From: Candidatus Latescibacterota bacterium
Lineage (GTDB): Bacteria > Latescibacterota > UBA2968 > GCA-2709665
Length of the DNA: 64,000 bases
Direction: 5' to 3'
Assembly: GCA_965208835.1 (NCBI GenBank)
Contig: OZ242358.1
Span: forward strand, 96,001-160,000
Numbering within the stretch: position 1 is the stretch's first letter; every line of letters starts with the position of its first letter. The notes under the pieces are model-generated. The model searched no databases and was not told the origin of the DNA. It saw only the letters and a list, made by a program, of their open reading frames with translations. Below are positions 9,072 through 18,843 of this stretch, piece after piece. The position numbers were made by a program, and so were the translations under genes.

Positions 9072-11507
9072 TTAAGTCTCCAGCGCCGCAATTAGCTCCT
9101 GTGTGTCGAAGTTCAAGAGAAACTGCGCGTAAAATGTCTGGAAAAGGTCGCCGATGTAATCAGTTATTTCAACATGATGTTGATCTTCCCCATTAGCTTG
9201 CGTTACACCATACTTCCTATTCTTTGTGATCGTGTATAGGAACAGTGTGTGAAAGTACACAGCGGATACGTAACGTTTCTCGGCCACTTCGATAGTTTCC
9301 TCATTTTGCAATTTCGATCTATGCGAAAGCCAAACGCTACTATCCATGTTGATATACAAATCGCTTAGAGATTCCTCCGTGACTAGCGGATAGACAACTA
9401 CGTTGTGATCCATCGAAATCCCATTCTCTTCGAGCTGCTCCCACGTAATGCCATTGTTATGGCTTTCCTTGTAGATCATGTGCAGTTTGGGTAATCCAAG
9501 CCGATTATCCGGCTGTTCTCCCTTGTTTTGTTCTTTTGGCGTTTTAGTCGGCTCTGAAATCTTCACCATAAAAATCTGATCCAATGGACCACCGGGACTA
9601 GAGAGAGATGCGTGAAGCTTCACGGCATCGCCAACCTTAACTTCCATTGTAGGTTTAATGTTCACCTTGATGGTACCATTGTGCGGACTCGACTTTGTGA
9701 CGTTCAGGACTGTATCCACTGCCCCAGGCAGGCCGGGTCTATCGCCTCCCTCCTCGTCGTTGGGCGCTAAACCTAGCAGTCCTATGTGTAGTTCGCCGGG
9801 GTCGTCTACGCGATCAAAGTACTGGTCCTCAACATCGGTCGAAAAGCTTACCGTTCGTGAGCCACCCATTGGCAAACTGACCATTGGAATCTCTTCTAGG
9901 TTACGGGAGTTGACATCAAGACTGAACACGCTTGGATATCTCTGAGGAGAGAATGCGGGGGATTCGTTCGGTTTCTTTTGCCGCATCTTGCGTGCTTTTT
10001 CGTTTCTGCGTCCACTACGTTTGTCATGAAGCTTAAAGGATTGGCCAAGTAGCTCCGCTAACTCATTGCGAATAGGGAGATTTCGAGTAATGTTGCGTAC
10101 TAGATCTTCCGCATCCTTACTCTCGACAGTTATCGACGCTTTACGCCTTTTATGGATATCCTTCAACCGGCCATCCGCCAATAGTTGGGAAAGTCGCTGT
10201 CGGAGCTTTCTCGACTCATCTCCATCCTTCAAACGGTCTCGAGATGCCATGAATAGTTCATTTCGGCATTCTGTGCGGACCTCGGTGCAATCTACGTGAA
10301 CGAGTAGGTAGTCCTTCAGAAGAGGTAATTTGAGTGATCGTGTGATAAATTCCGAGGTATAATGCCCGTGAACCTGTCCGTGCACGGAGAAGAGAATCGA
10401 CATATTGTTCTTGAAAAACTCTCGCCGAATGGTCTCTCTAGTCTCCTTTACTGGCCGGTCGCCAACGCGCGCTTTAAAGACGTAGCATTTTACCCTAATG
10501 CGTCCAATATCCGCGTCCTCTATCTCTTCGGAAAAGCTCTGGTCAACGTATCGACTGTCGTCCTCCTCAAGGCGTCGCTTTAGCCCATAGAGGTGGCGCT
10601 GGAGATTACGGTCTTTGGGATAGCGCTCGGGCTTATCGATTGTAAACACCGGCAGCGCTGGATCGAATAGATACTCATTGATGCTCTGGTTCAGATCACG
10701 TGAAATAACCGAACGCGACCTACCGGGCAGATCGTACGAGTAGAGCTTGATAACAGTGCCCGTGATAAATCGCCGATCATAAAGCCCGAGGTCGAGGCTC
10801 TCGCACGTGAACGAAGGTATCTGATGGTCGACGATGAGGTACTCGTACCAAGTCGCCTTCTTTCTCTTTTCCTCTTCGGCGGTGAGAGGATGTCTACGAA
10901 CCAACGTGAAGCCAAGTGCTCCACGGCATGCGTCGAAACGCTTGGAGGCGATCAGCTGATAGCGTCGCCGACCGCAAAAAGCGACGGCACCGGCGCCGCC
11001 CATATTGTATTTGCCTTGGACAAAGTGAATATCATTCTTGTTGCCGCGCAATAGCGACAGAAACGTGTCCTCGAAATTCTCGGGTGCTTGGCCTTCGCCG
11101 TCATCGTAGATGATCAGCGAAGTTTCTCCCCGAGGTCCATCTGCCAGTATTTGCAATTTCTTCGCTTGCTCACGGCGCGCTTTGGCCAAGTCCCAGTTCT
11201 TGTGATTGGGAAAGAGCTGCCTTAGAGCATCGTCAATCGACCTTGGTGCCCTGTCTGACCGCGGATCGATACCGTGCTCATGGCATGCACGCATTAGGAT
11301 AGCGTCGATACCGTTGGTGATCTTTTCTATCAATGCAGGAATCGGCGAAGCTTGCTGATTTTCCACGACGCCAAAGTTGCTTTCGTTTTGGCCATATGGA
11401 CGCCAATTTACCGGACTATCAAGAAGCGAGTAGCCGTCGAGTGCTTTTTCGACGTCGTTCTCCACCTGTGCCTTGTAGAGTTTCCAAAAAAGGCCTTCAA
11501 GGTCCAT
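9072..11507 (-). CDS. GHKL (Hsp90/MORC-like) ATPase domain protein
   Basis: Motifs EKITNGIDA, DDGEG, GKYNMGG and GTVI; long unassigned C-terminal region. Confidence 0.72.
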   Translation of the reverse strand: MDLEGLFWKLYKAQVENDVEKALDGYSLLDSPVNWRPYGQNESNFGVVENQQASPIPALIEKITNGIDAILMRACHEHGIDPRSDRAPRSIDDALRQLFPNHKNWDLAKARREQAKKLQILADGPRGETSLIIYDDGEGQAPENFEDTFLSLLRGNKNDIHFVQGKYNMGGAGAVAFCGRRRYQLIASKRFDACRGALGFTLVRRHPLTAEEEKRKKATWYEYLIVDHQIPSFTCESLDLGLYDRRFITGTVIKLYSYDLPGRSRSVISRDLNQSINEYLFDPALPVFTIDKPERYPKDRNLQRHLYGLKRRLEEDDSRYVDQSFSEEIEDADIGRIRVKCYVFKARVGDRPVKETRETIRREFFKNNMSILFSVHGQVHGHYTSEFITRSLKLPLLKDYLLVHVDCTEVRTECRNELFMASRDRLKDGDESRKLRQRLSQLLADGRLKDIHKRRKASITVESKDAEDLVRNITRNLPIRNELAELLGQSFKLHDKRSGRRNEKARKMRQKKPNESPAFSPQRYPSVFSLDVNSRNLEEIPMVSLPMGGSRTVSFSTDVEDQYFDRVDDPGELHIGLLGLAPNDEEGGDRPGLPGAVDTVLNVTKSSPHNGTIKVNIKPTMEVKVGDAVKLHASLSSPGGPLDQIFMVKISEPTKTPKEQNKGEQPDNRLGLPKLHMIYKESHNNGITWEQLEENGISMDHNVVVYPLVTEESLSDLYINMDSSVWLSHRSKLQNEETIEVAEKRYVSAVYFHTLFLYTITKNRKYGVTQANGEDQHHVEITDYIGDLFQTFYAQFLLNFDTQELIAALET

Positions 11508-11685
11508 AAAAGTACCTGATTTCGTAGGTGGACAATCTGCTCGTCTGGAATTACAGATCAGAAAAACTCGAGCCGGTAATCTCTAACCGTACCGTCCGGT
11601 GTGAATCAGCGACAGTACGTCGAACCCTTCTCTATCCTGAAACTCTCTTGCAGAACTTGGGCCTCACACCCGTTCGTTTCTCTGT

Positions 11686-12942
11686 TCATACCACCATCTC
11701 AGGCAGTATTAACGACTGATTACCGGTATCTTTGCGATACCGTTCCAAAAGTTCATTTTCGGTGAATTTCGACCTGCCAATCATATTTAGTAGAATTTCC
11801 CTCAATGTGACTTTATTGGAATTCAGGATCGCCCTTCTGCTTGGATCCCACATAAGACCTTTGTAGGGAGCCATGTTCAGGTTCCTTGGTAACTTGGCGG
11901 CCTGACGCACTGCCGCCGCGAAGGCCATGTCGCTTGTTAAGTTCGCTATGATCCTTAGGAAGATTTCCAATCCAATGGGTCGGAATAAAGCGTTGCCGCC
12001 ATGGCTTCCGCGATGTGCGCTCACCACCGATTCCGTATTCTTTGCAGCGAAGAACCCATTCAATTCGTCGAATTCTGTCCTTAGCCGAATAAACAGCTCG
12101 TTCGCATACTCGAAATACTCGTCCAATTTCGTGCGATCAGGACGTTTATTCTGCAGTTTGGACTTCGTGGTTTTCAGGGTCGTTTTAGTATCGGTAAACA
12201 AGATGGTCAAAAGGTCGTACAAGTTGCCGACGGTTGTCAGGCTAGTGGTATTTGAAACTGGCATATTGTTACTTGCCACAAATGCTAACCGGTCTCCACG
12301 AAACAAATCGGTCTCTTCAATCAGCCGACGAACACAGATAGCCATCACATCATCCTCGTCCAACGCAATGATGTCGCCTTTAGATACAGGTTTAGCAGTC
12401 TTGTTTAGGGTCGTAAAGAGCCTTCTTGTCCGCTCGAGGCCATTCTCCACGTTGTGAGCCACGATGATAACAGAAACTACATCGTAAGAGTCGTGCGCCA
12501 GTCCATCTTCGAGGGCTTTCTTGATACCTGCCAGCCGGTGTTGCCCGTCTAGCGCGAAAAGCTTCTCGTCTCCCGTTAGACTCAGAAATCCGACCGAAGC
12601 AACAGTTTCGTCAGCCAAGCCTTGGAGCTGATCGCTTTGCGTCATATTCCGAACATACGATAGTGCGTACCAGTTTGGCTGTCCACCGTATGTCGCAATG
12701 ACAAGAGAATTGAAAAACCGCTCAGGCTGCGTCTTGAGATACTCCGCAATCTGTACACTTCGGCCCCTTTTAAGTTGTCGTTGAATCATCTCGGAAAGCT
12801 TCTTACTCATATGTATGTCTTCTGCATAACGGACTCTTGAACTCAATTCTCTTATGTCCATGAGACAGGAGTAGTATACCCAATCACCCATCACACCTCG
12901 AAGGGCCGGTAGTACAAGCTCCCGCACTTGTCTCGTTGTCAC
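11686..12942 (-). CDS. DGQHR-domain (DndB-like, ParB-superfamily) protein
   Basis: LFALDGQHRLAGI and RRLFTTLNKTAKPV motifs; GTG start overlaps the upstream stop. Confidence 0.88.
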   Translation of the reverse strand: MTTRQVRELVLPALRGVMGDWVYYSCLMDIRELSSRVRYAEDIHMSKKLSEMIQRQLKRGRSVQIAEYLKTQPERFFNSLVIATYGGQPNWYALSYVRNMTQSDQLQGLADETVASVGFLSLTGDEKLFALDGQHRLAGIKKALEDGLAHDSYDVVSVIIVAHNVENGLERTRRLFTTLNKTAKPVSKGDIIALDEDDVMAICVRRLIEETDLFRGDRLAFVASNNMPVSNTTSLTTVGNLYDLLTILFTDTKTTLKTTKSKLQNKRPDRTKLDEYFEYANELFIRLRTEFDELNGFFAAKNTESVVSAHRGSHGGNALFRPIGLEIFLRIIANLTSDMAFAAAVRQAAKLPRNLNMAPYKGLMWDPSRRAILNSNKVTLREILLNMIGRSKFTENELLERYRKDTGNQSLILPEMVV

Positions 12943-13460
12943 GGAAATGCCCTCTTCATGAACCTCACGTCTGCCGCAAGATCACCTACGGAAAACGGCG
13001 GCATCAGTGAATTAATGAGTTGCTTTTCAATCGTTAATAACTGATCTGAGGAAACGCCTTCATCCACGGGAGCGAAGAAAAACCGCAAGACTTCGCTCCA
13101 TGTGCCGATCATAGCGGAAATTCCAGGGCGTCGTCTAATTCTGCTTGGATAGAGGTAGTCCTTGTAACGTTCTCTAAGAGGACGCTGCGAATTCCGCCCT
13201 GCCACTCCTATGTAGAGGATGTACCCGTGCGGCGGCAGCACTCCGCTTAGTTGACAGACTGCAAAGGCATAAACACCTCGTTTGTCGTTAGGGACTTTCT
13301 CTATCTCTGTCGAACCGTAACTGATTGAGTCCCACACTAGGGAACGAGTACCTCGCCCGCTCGCCTTCATTTTCTCAGGAGACAACGTAAACTCAATCTC
13401 GTACTTGCGTAATTCTTGAGTCACCTTGTCGGCGAAATCTTTCAAGGGATCGAGTTTCAA
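12939..13460 (-). CDS. GIY-YIG nuclease family protein
   Basis: GVYAF...LYIG...LRERY...IEKQLI pattern. Confidence 0.75.
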   Translation of the reverse strand: MKLDPLKDFADKVTQELRKYEIEFTLSPEKMKASGRGTRSLVWDSISYGSTEIEKVPNDKRGVYAFAVCQLSGVLPPHGYILYIGVAGRNSQRPLRERYKDYLYPSRIRRRPGISAMIGTWSEVLRFFFAPVDEGVSSDQLLTIEKQLINSLMPPFSVGDLAADVRFMKRAFP

Positions 13461-13479
13461 TCGTTTGTACCCTTGGGAT

Positions 13480-14322
13480 TTACTTGTGACATGCTAGACA
13501 GACCTTCGCTTTGCCGTACAGGTCATCAATATCGATTGGTTCAACATCTGGCCGAAGCGGATTCACCTGACGCTTGTTACGCATTTTTTCGAGACGTCTA
13601 GAATGTTCGGCCTCGATTTGCGCAATGCGCTCGGGTTTCGCGAGATCGTTGAGCGATTCACCCTGGCTCCACGTGAAGGGCGATCCGTGATCGATGGCGT
13701 TCTTTTCGTAGCGCTTGGCTTCCTCAAAGTACTCGGGGTGACGATCCATCAACCGTACCCATTCGATTTTCTGCTGAAAGAAACAGAAGGTGCATCCACT
13801 GCGCGTCCGCCACTCGTAATATCTCGGCAGCCCCAGTCCCGCCCCCTCCAAAATCTCTAACACACCGGATTTGTCAATCCCGTCATCCTTTAGCGGGAGC
13901 TTCACTACAAGATTGTCGCGTTTTGAGGTGTAGCCTTCCCGGTACTCCTCGTCCGCGCGGATGGCCACGTAGCTATATACCGTAACGCCACTATCTAGGA
14001 TTGGACGTATCCACCGCTCGAAAGGCCGCAGCTTGAGTTGCCGCGTGCACCAGCGGCTTTGCGCCGACGGTAGAAAATTGTTGTATTGCTTTAGCCAGAA
14101 GTCGAAATCGCGATCCGGATTCAGCCGCTCGATCGGCTTACCCAAGAATCCTTCTAGTTTTACCAGAAACTCATAAACTTCCGGTAATTCCTTGCCAGTA
14201 TCGGTAAAGAAGTAGCCGATGTCAAGTTCGGGATAGTTTTGACGCATGTATACGGCAAGCGCGGCGCTGTCTCGACCACCCGAGAGCCCCAAAACGTGTT
14301 TTTCGTTTCCGTTGTTATTCAC
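13480..14322 (-). CDS. sspD: PAPS reductase-family protein, SspD-like
   Basis: PP-loop SGGRDS, RWCT, RSGCTFCF and C-terminal CLACHK cysteines; operon context. Confidence 0.82.
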   Translation of the reverse strand: MNNNGNEKHVLGLSGGRDSAALAVYMRQNYPELDIGYFFTDTGKELPEVYEFLVKLEGFLGKPIERLNPDRDFDFWLKQYNNFLPSAQSRWCTRQLKLRPFERWIRPILDSGVTVYSYVAIRADEEYREGYTSKRDNLVVKLPLKDDGIDKSGVLEILEGAGLGLPRYYEWRTRSGCTFCFFQQKIEWVRLMDRHPEYFEEAKRYEKNAIDHGSPFTWSQGESLNDLAKPERIAQIEAEHSRRLEKMRNKRQVNPLRPDVEPIDIDDLYGKAKVCLACHK

Positions 14323-17300
14323 GTGTTGGATCTCCTCTGACTCGACTGCGGCGAATTTCCGGAATCCAGATATCGAGCACTTAACTCGGCTAGGGCGGCG
14401 AGAATTACGTTGTGTCTTTCATGGCCGTTGCCTCTCAATGTTCCGTCTAATCGTTCAATCAACTCTTTTACTGCGGATTGATCCCCGTCGGTAATCTCGA
14501 ACTCGTTATGGACCAGATTTGGCTGCCCTTCCATACCGACAACGACTGCCATTGCGTGCCTCTTGTCCTTCCGGCCCTTGACGCGAGCGAACGCTTCTGC
14601 GCGTATGAACCGCTGGGCTAGAGCGGCAAGCTCGACCGACGCCCGATCGATGTCCGCATCAACCCAATCTCGAGGTGGTTTGTTGACGGCCATGCCTGCC
14701 AAACCCTCCACGTCCTCTTCTGTGCCTTCAAACTGCGCTACGCGAACGACAAAGGCCTCAAGGCGATGATCCCCGCCGAGGTCGCGGATGTTCGCCGAAC
14801 GGTCACGCAACTCTGCCAGCATCGAAGTCGAGTCGTTGGGAACTTGCAACTCCGCAAGCAACATCTCGCGAATCCGATTCAGCATTGTGGGAAATGCTTG
14901 GCATAACTCAGTCAAGCCTATTCGAATTCGGTCAGCAATCTTGTCTGTGGCTATCTCTGTTGGTATAACTGAAGAATCATCTAACACCTGCGGTAAATCG
15001 TCAAAGATCAGTCGATTCGGGTCGTTGGCCTGCTTCAGAAGCTGTCGTATACGCTTGGCGTTAGACGACAGACGCTGCGTCCGACCGACCCAGGGCGGCA
15101 GCTGGTCATAGATCGCCACGAGCCCTCTTGCGACGTCAATCGGTTCCAGGTTCGGCAAGGTGTTCGCTGCATCCAGATCGCGTACGATATCTGCCATATC
15201 TGCAAGCAGCCGACGCGAAACCGCTGACAGATCCATCCATCTCACCTGGATGTCAGCCGGGTTTTTAGCTAATACCTCCGCGTCCAGATCTGTAAAATAG
15301 GCTTGGAATATCCCCTGTCTGTAGAACGCGAGGACGTCGCGTTTTGAAAGTGCGAATGCCAGGGTTAAAATTGGCAGCAATCCGTCCTTTATGCCGAACG
15401 GAGCTTGTCGCCAAAGATCGTAGATCTCCGCAATCGATACTGATCTGTGGGATTCGGCTTCCAGGAACTCTGTCGCAGCCTCCCAAGCAGGGACGAGGTT
15501 GCATGGATCATCGCCATGGTCAGGCGGTGTAAAACGCAACCCATCTGGCGTACTCTGGTACAGTCCGCTTGCATTAAGTAGAGAGGCGAACAAGCCGCCT
15601 TCTGCGGGAAAATCCTCGATACCCAACCGCGGCCTGCCTTCGTATAGCGCCATCCGACGAAGCAAGGAATTTTGCGCAGCGATTGCGTTACTGGAGGGTC
15701 TGATTCGGTTTAATAACTCATTGTTGAGTTTTGGTGCCTTTTTGAATCTTTCGTCTGCGAAATCTGAAACGAGACTGTTTATTTCAGCATGGTCGAGCCG
15801 CTTTGACCGAAGTTCCTTTCCCTGCCATAGGGCATTCTCGAAAGCTCGGTCCAGTTCAACTTCGATTTTGCTTTGCAGGTCCGCGATGCTATCCTCAACT
15901 TCGCGCCGCCCAACACGGTCCCCCCGAAGCTCGGGCGTATTATCCCGGACATGCTCTAGGGCAAGCAACTCTCGCGCAAGAGTCGTAATTGTCCACGTCG
16001 ATCGCCGGGGGACGCCCACGATGACATCGCCGTCCTCTCCTCCCTTAACCGTACGTTCCGCAATTCGTTCGACAGTTTCGGGAGATTCGCCCGGTGTGGG
16101 TAGCGCGAGAAAGAATGATCCCATTGCGCCGTTACTAATATCACGCGTTTCCGCAACGTCCTCTAGGTCACGCAACGGAACGACAGTTGTGTCGAACCAT
16201 CGTATCGCACCGGTTTCGTGGTAATGTCGCTTGGCAATCACGGGCTGAAGCCCGGCGAGATCCGAAAGGCGGATGTGGTCAATCCGGTCTATCTCTCCAA
16301 ACGCATTATCTACGGCCCGCCTGATATCAAAGTCGCTTCCCTCGAAGATGCTGTATCCATTGCTGAATTTTCTGTGGATCACCAGCGAGGAGTCCTTCAG
16401 TTTACTCAGCGCCATCTGAATGGCTGTAGTACGTTGGTCACGAAGGGCTAGAACCAAGAGTTCCAGACTCGGCACGAGACCCGATCGTTCTCGGAACAGA
16501 TCGACCAGGCCGATCGTCTTGAGCAAACGTAACTCAAGTTCATCACCGCCTGACCCGTGACTTCGTTCCAGGGCGTCAATTGCCATCGCCCAGCGGTGAC
16601 CGTCCGAAGAAGCCATAATGGAAGGTTCCAGGTTCGCCCGAAGGTAGTCCCAAAGCAGCTCCGGCATATACAAATCATGCTCAGTGGCGGTTATCAGGAA
16701 GTCCTGAAATCCGAACGGCTCTGTGGAGTTTAAAAAGCCAAAGATGCTACGCTGATTCTGGCCGAAACTCCGCCGTGAGATGGGTCCGAGCAAGCAAGCT
16801 ACGATTGGGTGCAACGGCCAACATCTTTGCAACACTTCAGACGTTTGCGTGTGATGGCCGAGTGCGGCGGCCTTCTTGAACAGTGGCGTATTCTTTTGAG
16901 GCACTTGATCGCTCTCTATCGCCCGTCCCAAGAGCTCTAATTGCTCGTCAGGTCCAACATTAATCGGCAGGTCTATGAATCGACCTTGAACCTTTGCCCA
17001 CTCGTCCCGCACCTCACGTGAGAGCCGGTTTGCATACTCTTCAAACGCCTGGTGCAGAATCCCCACGACAATCAGCCGATTGTTGCTTCGCGAGGCAATT
17101 TCCGCCAATTGTTGGAAAAAGTAGATGTCCGTGTCCTCGTACGCGGCGCCTTCCAGCAACTTCCCCATTTCGTCCAAGAAGACAACAAGCCCGCCAGACG
17201 TGCGGGGATTCCGTCGGGCGACCCTTAACAGGACGTCATAGACGGCCTCGTCGCTCCAGGGGCCAGCTGCGCCATTTCGTATAAAGCGGGCACGCTCAAT

Positions 17301-17693
17301 CGCCTCACCGACCACTTGGGCGGGTCTATCACGCCTCCCCACGACGGGCAGGATCCGCCAACCTTTGGCTTGGGGAGGCAAAGCAGTCCAGATCGCCTCG
17401 GCTGTTTGAAAACCGAGCATCCGGGCAGTCGAGTTTCTGAGCTCGGCGTCACCATTCAGCACCGCGCTCAGTGCAACCACGAGGCTCGACTTCCCAGAAC
17501 CATAGGGTCCCGTCCACGTAAATGCGGCCTGTTCGGTTTTCCGGACGTGCTGTGCCATCGTCTCAAGTACGAGAGCGGAGGACTGGGGACAGATGAAACC
17601 CGTGAGAGCCGCAGGATCGGAAAGGTCAGTGTCGATTCGGATTGACCTTCGGAAGCGGCGGCTAATCTGGACACGATCAGCCAATACTGTCAC
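14319..17693 (-). CDS. sspC: Large P-loop ATPase, SspC-like
   Basis: Walker A GPYGSGKS, Walker B FLDEMGK; 1124 aa; GTGA overlaps with both neighbours. Confidence 0.78.
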   Translation of the reverse strand: MTVLADRVQISRRFRRSIRIDTDLSDPAALTGFICPQSSALVLETMAQHVRKTEQAAFTWTGPYGSGKSSLVVALSAVLNGDAELRNSTARMLGFQTAEAIWTALPPQAKGWRILPVVGRRDRPAQVVGEAIERARFIRNGAAGPWSDEAVYDVLLRVARRNPRTSGGLVVFLDEMGKLLEGAAYEDTDIYFFQQLAEIASRSNNRLIVVGILHQAFEEYANRLSREVRDEWAKVQGRFIDLPINVGPDEQLELLGRAIESDQVPQKNTPLFKKAAALGHHTQTSEVLQRCWPLHPIVACLLGPISRRSFGQNQRSIFGFLNSTEPFGFQDFLITATEHDLYMPELLWDYLRANLEPSIMASSDGHRWAMAIDALERSHGSGGDELELRLLKTIGLVDLFRERSGLVPSLELLVLALRDQRTTAIQMALSKLKDSSLVIHRKFSNGYSIFEGSDFDIRRAVDNAFGEIDRIDHIRLSDLAGLQPVIAKRHYHETGAIRWFDTTVVPLRDLEDVAETRDISNGAMGSFFLALPTPGESPETVERIAERTVKGGEDGDVIVGVPRRSTWTITTLARELLALEHVRDNTPELRGDRVGRREVEDSIADLQSKIEVELDRAFENALWQGKELRSKRLDHAEINSLVSDFADERFKKAPKLNNELLNRIRPSSNAIAAQNSLLRRMALYEGRPRLGIEDFPAEGGLFASLLNASGLYQSTPDGLRFTPPDHGDDPCNLVPAWEAATEFLEAESHRSVSIAEIYDLWRQAPFGIKDGLLPILTLAFALSKRDVLAFYRQGIFQAYFTDLDAEVLAKNPADIQVRWMDLSAVSRRLLADMADIVRDLDAANTLPNLEPIDVARGLVAIYDQLPPWVGRTQRLSSNAKRIRQLLKQANDPNRLIFDDLPQVLDDSSVIPTEIATDKIADRIRIGLTELCQAFPTMLNRIREMLLAELQVPNDSTSMLAELRDRSANIRDLGGDHRLEAFVVRVAQFEGTEEDVEGLAGMAVNKPPRDWVDADIDRASVELAALAQRFIRAEAFARVKGRKDKRHAMAVVVGMEGQPNLVHNEFEITDGDQSAVKELIERLDGTLRGNGHERHNVILAALAELSARYLDSGNSPQSSQRRSNT

Positions 17694-18655
17694 GCAACGT
17701 CCTCCTCGCGACCTGAACCATTATAATTCACCTTCAAGAGATTCAATTTTTCCTCGGTCGTAAGCTCGCGTTCCCTGATGAGCTGCTTCAACCCGGCAGT
17801 CTCTGACCACTGATAGATACCCTCAGTAACGGTCTCGAGCCGTCCTAAGAGGTCGACAAGATCATTTTCAGCCAGAAGAAAGACCCTGCCCGGCGACCCG
17901 GGTTCGTGCGACAGAGCTTCGAAGGACAGGGTGTTAGCGGTCTTTGAAATACCAGACCAAAAGTCGGTCACGGCATAGGCGAATACACCTGCACCAAGCG
18001 ACGGCTTTGGGCCACGCACGAATCTGAAGCCGTCACGTCGGCCAACCTGCTTGATCAGACCAAGTTCCGTAAGGGGCGATTCAAGGGCGTCTTCGTAGCT
18101 CGCCCGCCGCGACACTGGTTGTGCGACGTATGTGCGCACAAAGCAAGACACGTCGCGTCTGATTGTAGCCAGGGACGACCGTGCCCACCCTATTTCCTCG
18201 GTCAGATTTGCTACTCCGCGGGTTAGCTCATCGCGTTCGAACAAGAGGGCTGGGAAGTGATTAAATGCCCAGAACCACGTCGTTTTATCTTTCCGACCAC
18301 AAAGGCGCCAATGGATGAACCACGATGTCGCGGGGTTTTCCATATATTTGTCGAGACTTCTCTCACCGAATATCAAGTCGCCGATTTCTGTACATCGGAT
18401 ACGTCGTTCGCCAGTAACCTCTTCGATGACTCCGGAAGCAATGGCCCAATGGCGCATTGAAGCAACCATGTTCTTGCCGACCCCGAATCGCGCGATTGCA
18501 TCGTCTGCCGTGAATACCGACAGATTGTTCTCGTCTCCTTCGGTCTCCCGAACGGCATCACATGCCTTCTTGAGCCAACCATAACGGAGCGGAAACGTCT
18601 CGTGCCCAGACAGTTGCGGTTGGTAGCCTTCTTCGTATAGAGGACCTCGGCCCAT
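17690..18655 (-). CDS. sspB: DUF4007 family protein, SspB-like
   Basis: SGHETFPLRYGWLKK and FGVGKNMVASMRHW motifs; ATG 18655 with GGAGAG RBS. Confidence 0.82.
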   Translation of the reverse strand: MGRGPLYEEGYQPQLSGHETFPLRYGWLKKACDAVRETEGDENNLSVFTADDAIARFGVGKNMVASMRHWAIASGVIEEVTGERRIRCTEIGDLIFGERSLDKYMENPATSWFIHWRLCGRKDKTTWFWAFNHFPALLFERDELTRGVANLTEEIGWARSSLATIRRDVSCFVRTYVAQPVSRRASYEDALESPLTELGLIKQVGRRDGFRFVRGPKPSLGAGVFAYAVTDFWSGISKTANTLSFEALSHEPGSPGRVFLLAENDLVDLLGRLETVTEGIYQWSETAGLKQLIRERELTTEEKLNLLKVNYNGSGREEDVA

Positions 18656-18683
18656 CGTCTCTCCTACTGGATGGAACGTCCAG

Positions 18684-18717
18684 CTTGACAATAGTCACAA
18701 AACTGAGTATTGTCAAG
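18684..18717. promoter_or_regulatory. Symmetric bidirectional sigma70-type promoter / operator
   Basis: cttgacaata...tattgtcaag inverted repeat gives TTGACA-N17-TATTGT on both strands. Confidence 0.75.
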
Positions 18718-18843
18718 GTTGAACTGGCGGCAGGCTCCAGGAGCAACACGAAACAGAAAACAAATTCGGCAGAAATCGGAATAAGCATTTGTTTTTATTT
18801 GGGAAGACATCTCGATCGGAAAATCCTTTTCGCCGAACTTAAC

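Noticed and set aside
7860-9080. Integron attC-like cores (GCCTAAC near 7880, ACTTAAC at the GHKL stop)
   Set aside because: No matching partner core at a suitable distance and no integron integrase.
13480-18655. BREX type 4 or classical DndABCDE assignment
   Set aside because: No PglZ, BrxL, SMC-like DndD or DndE seen; separate DUF4007 and PAPS reductase genes flanking the ATPase fit SspBCD better.
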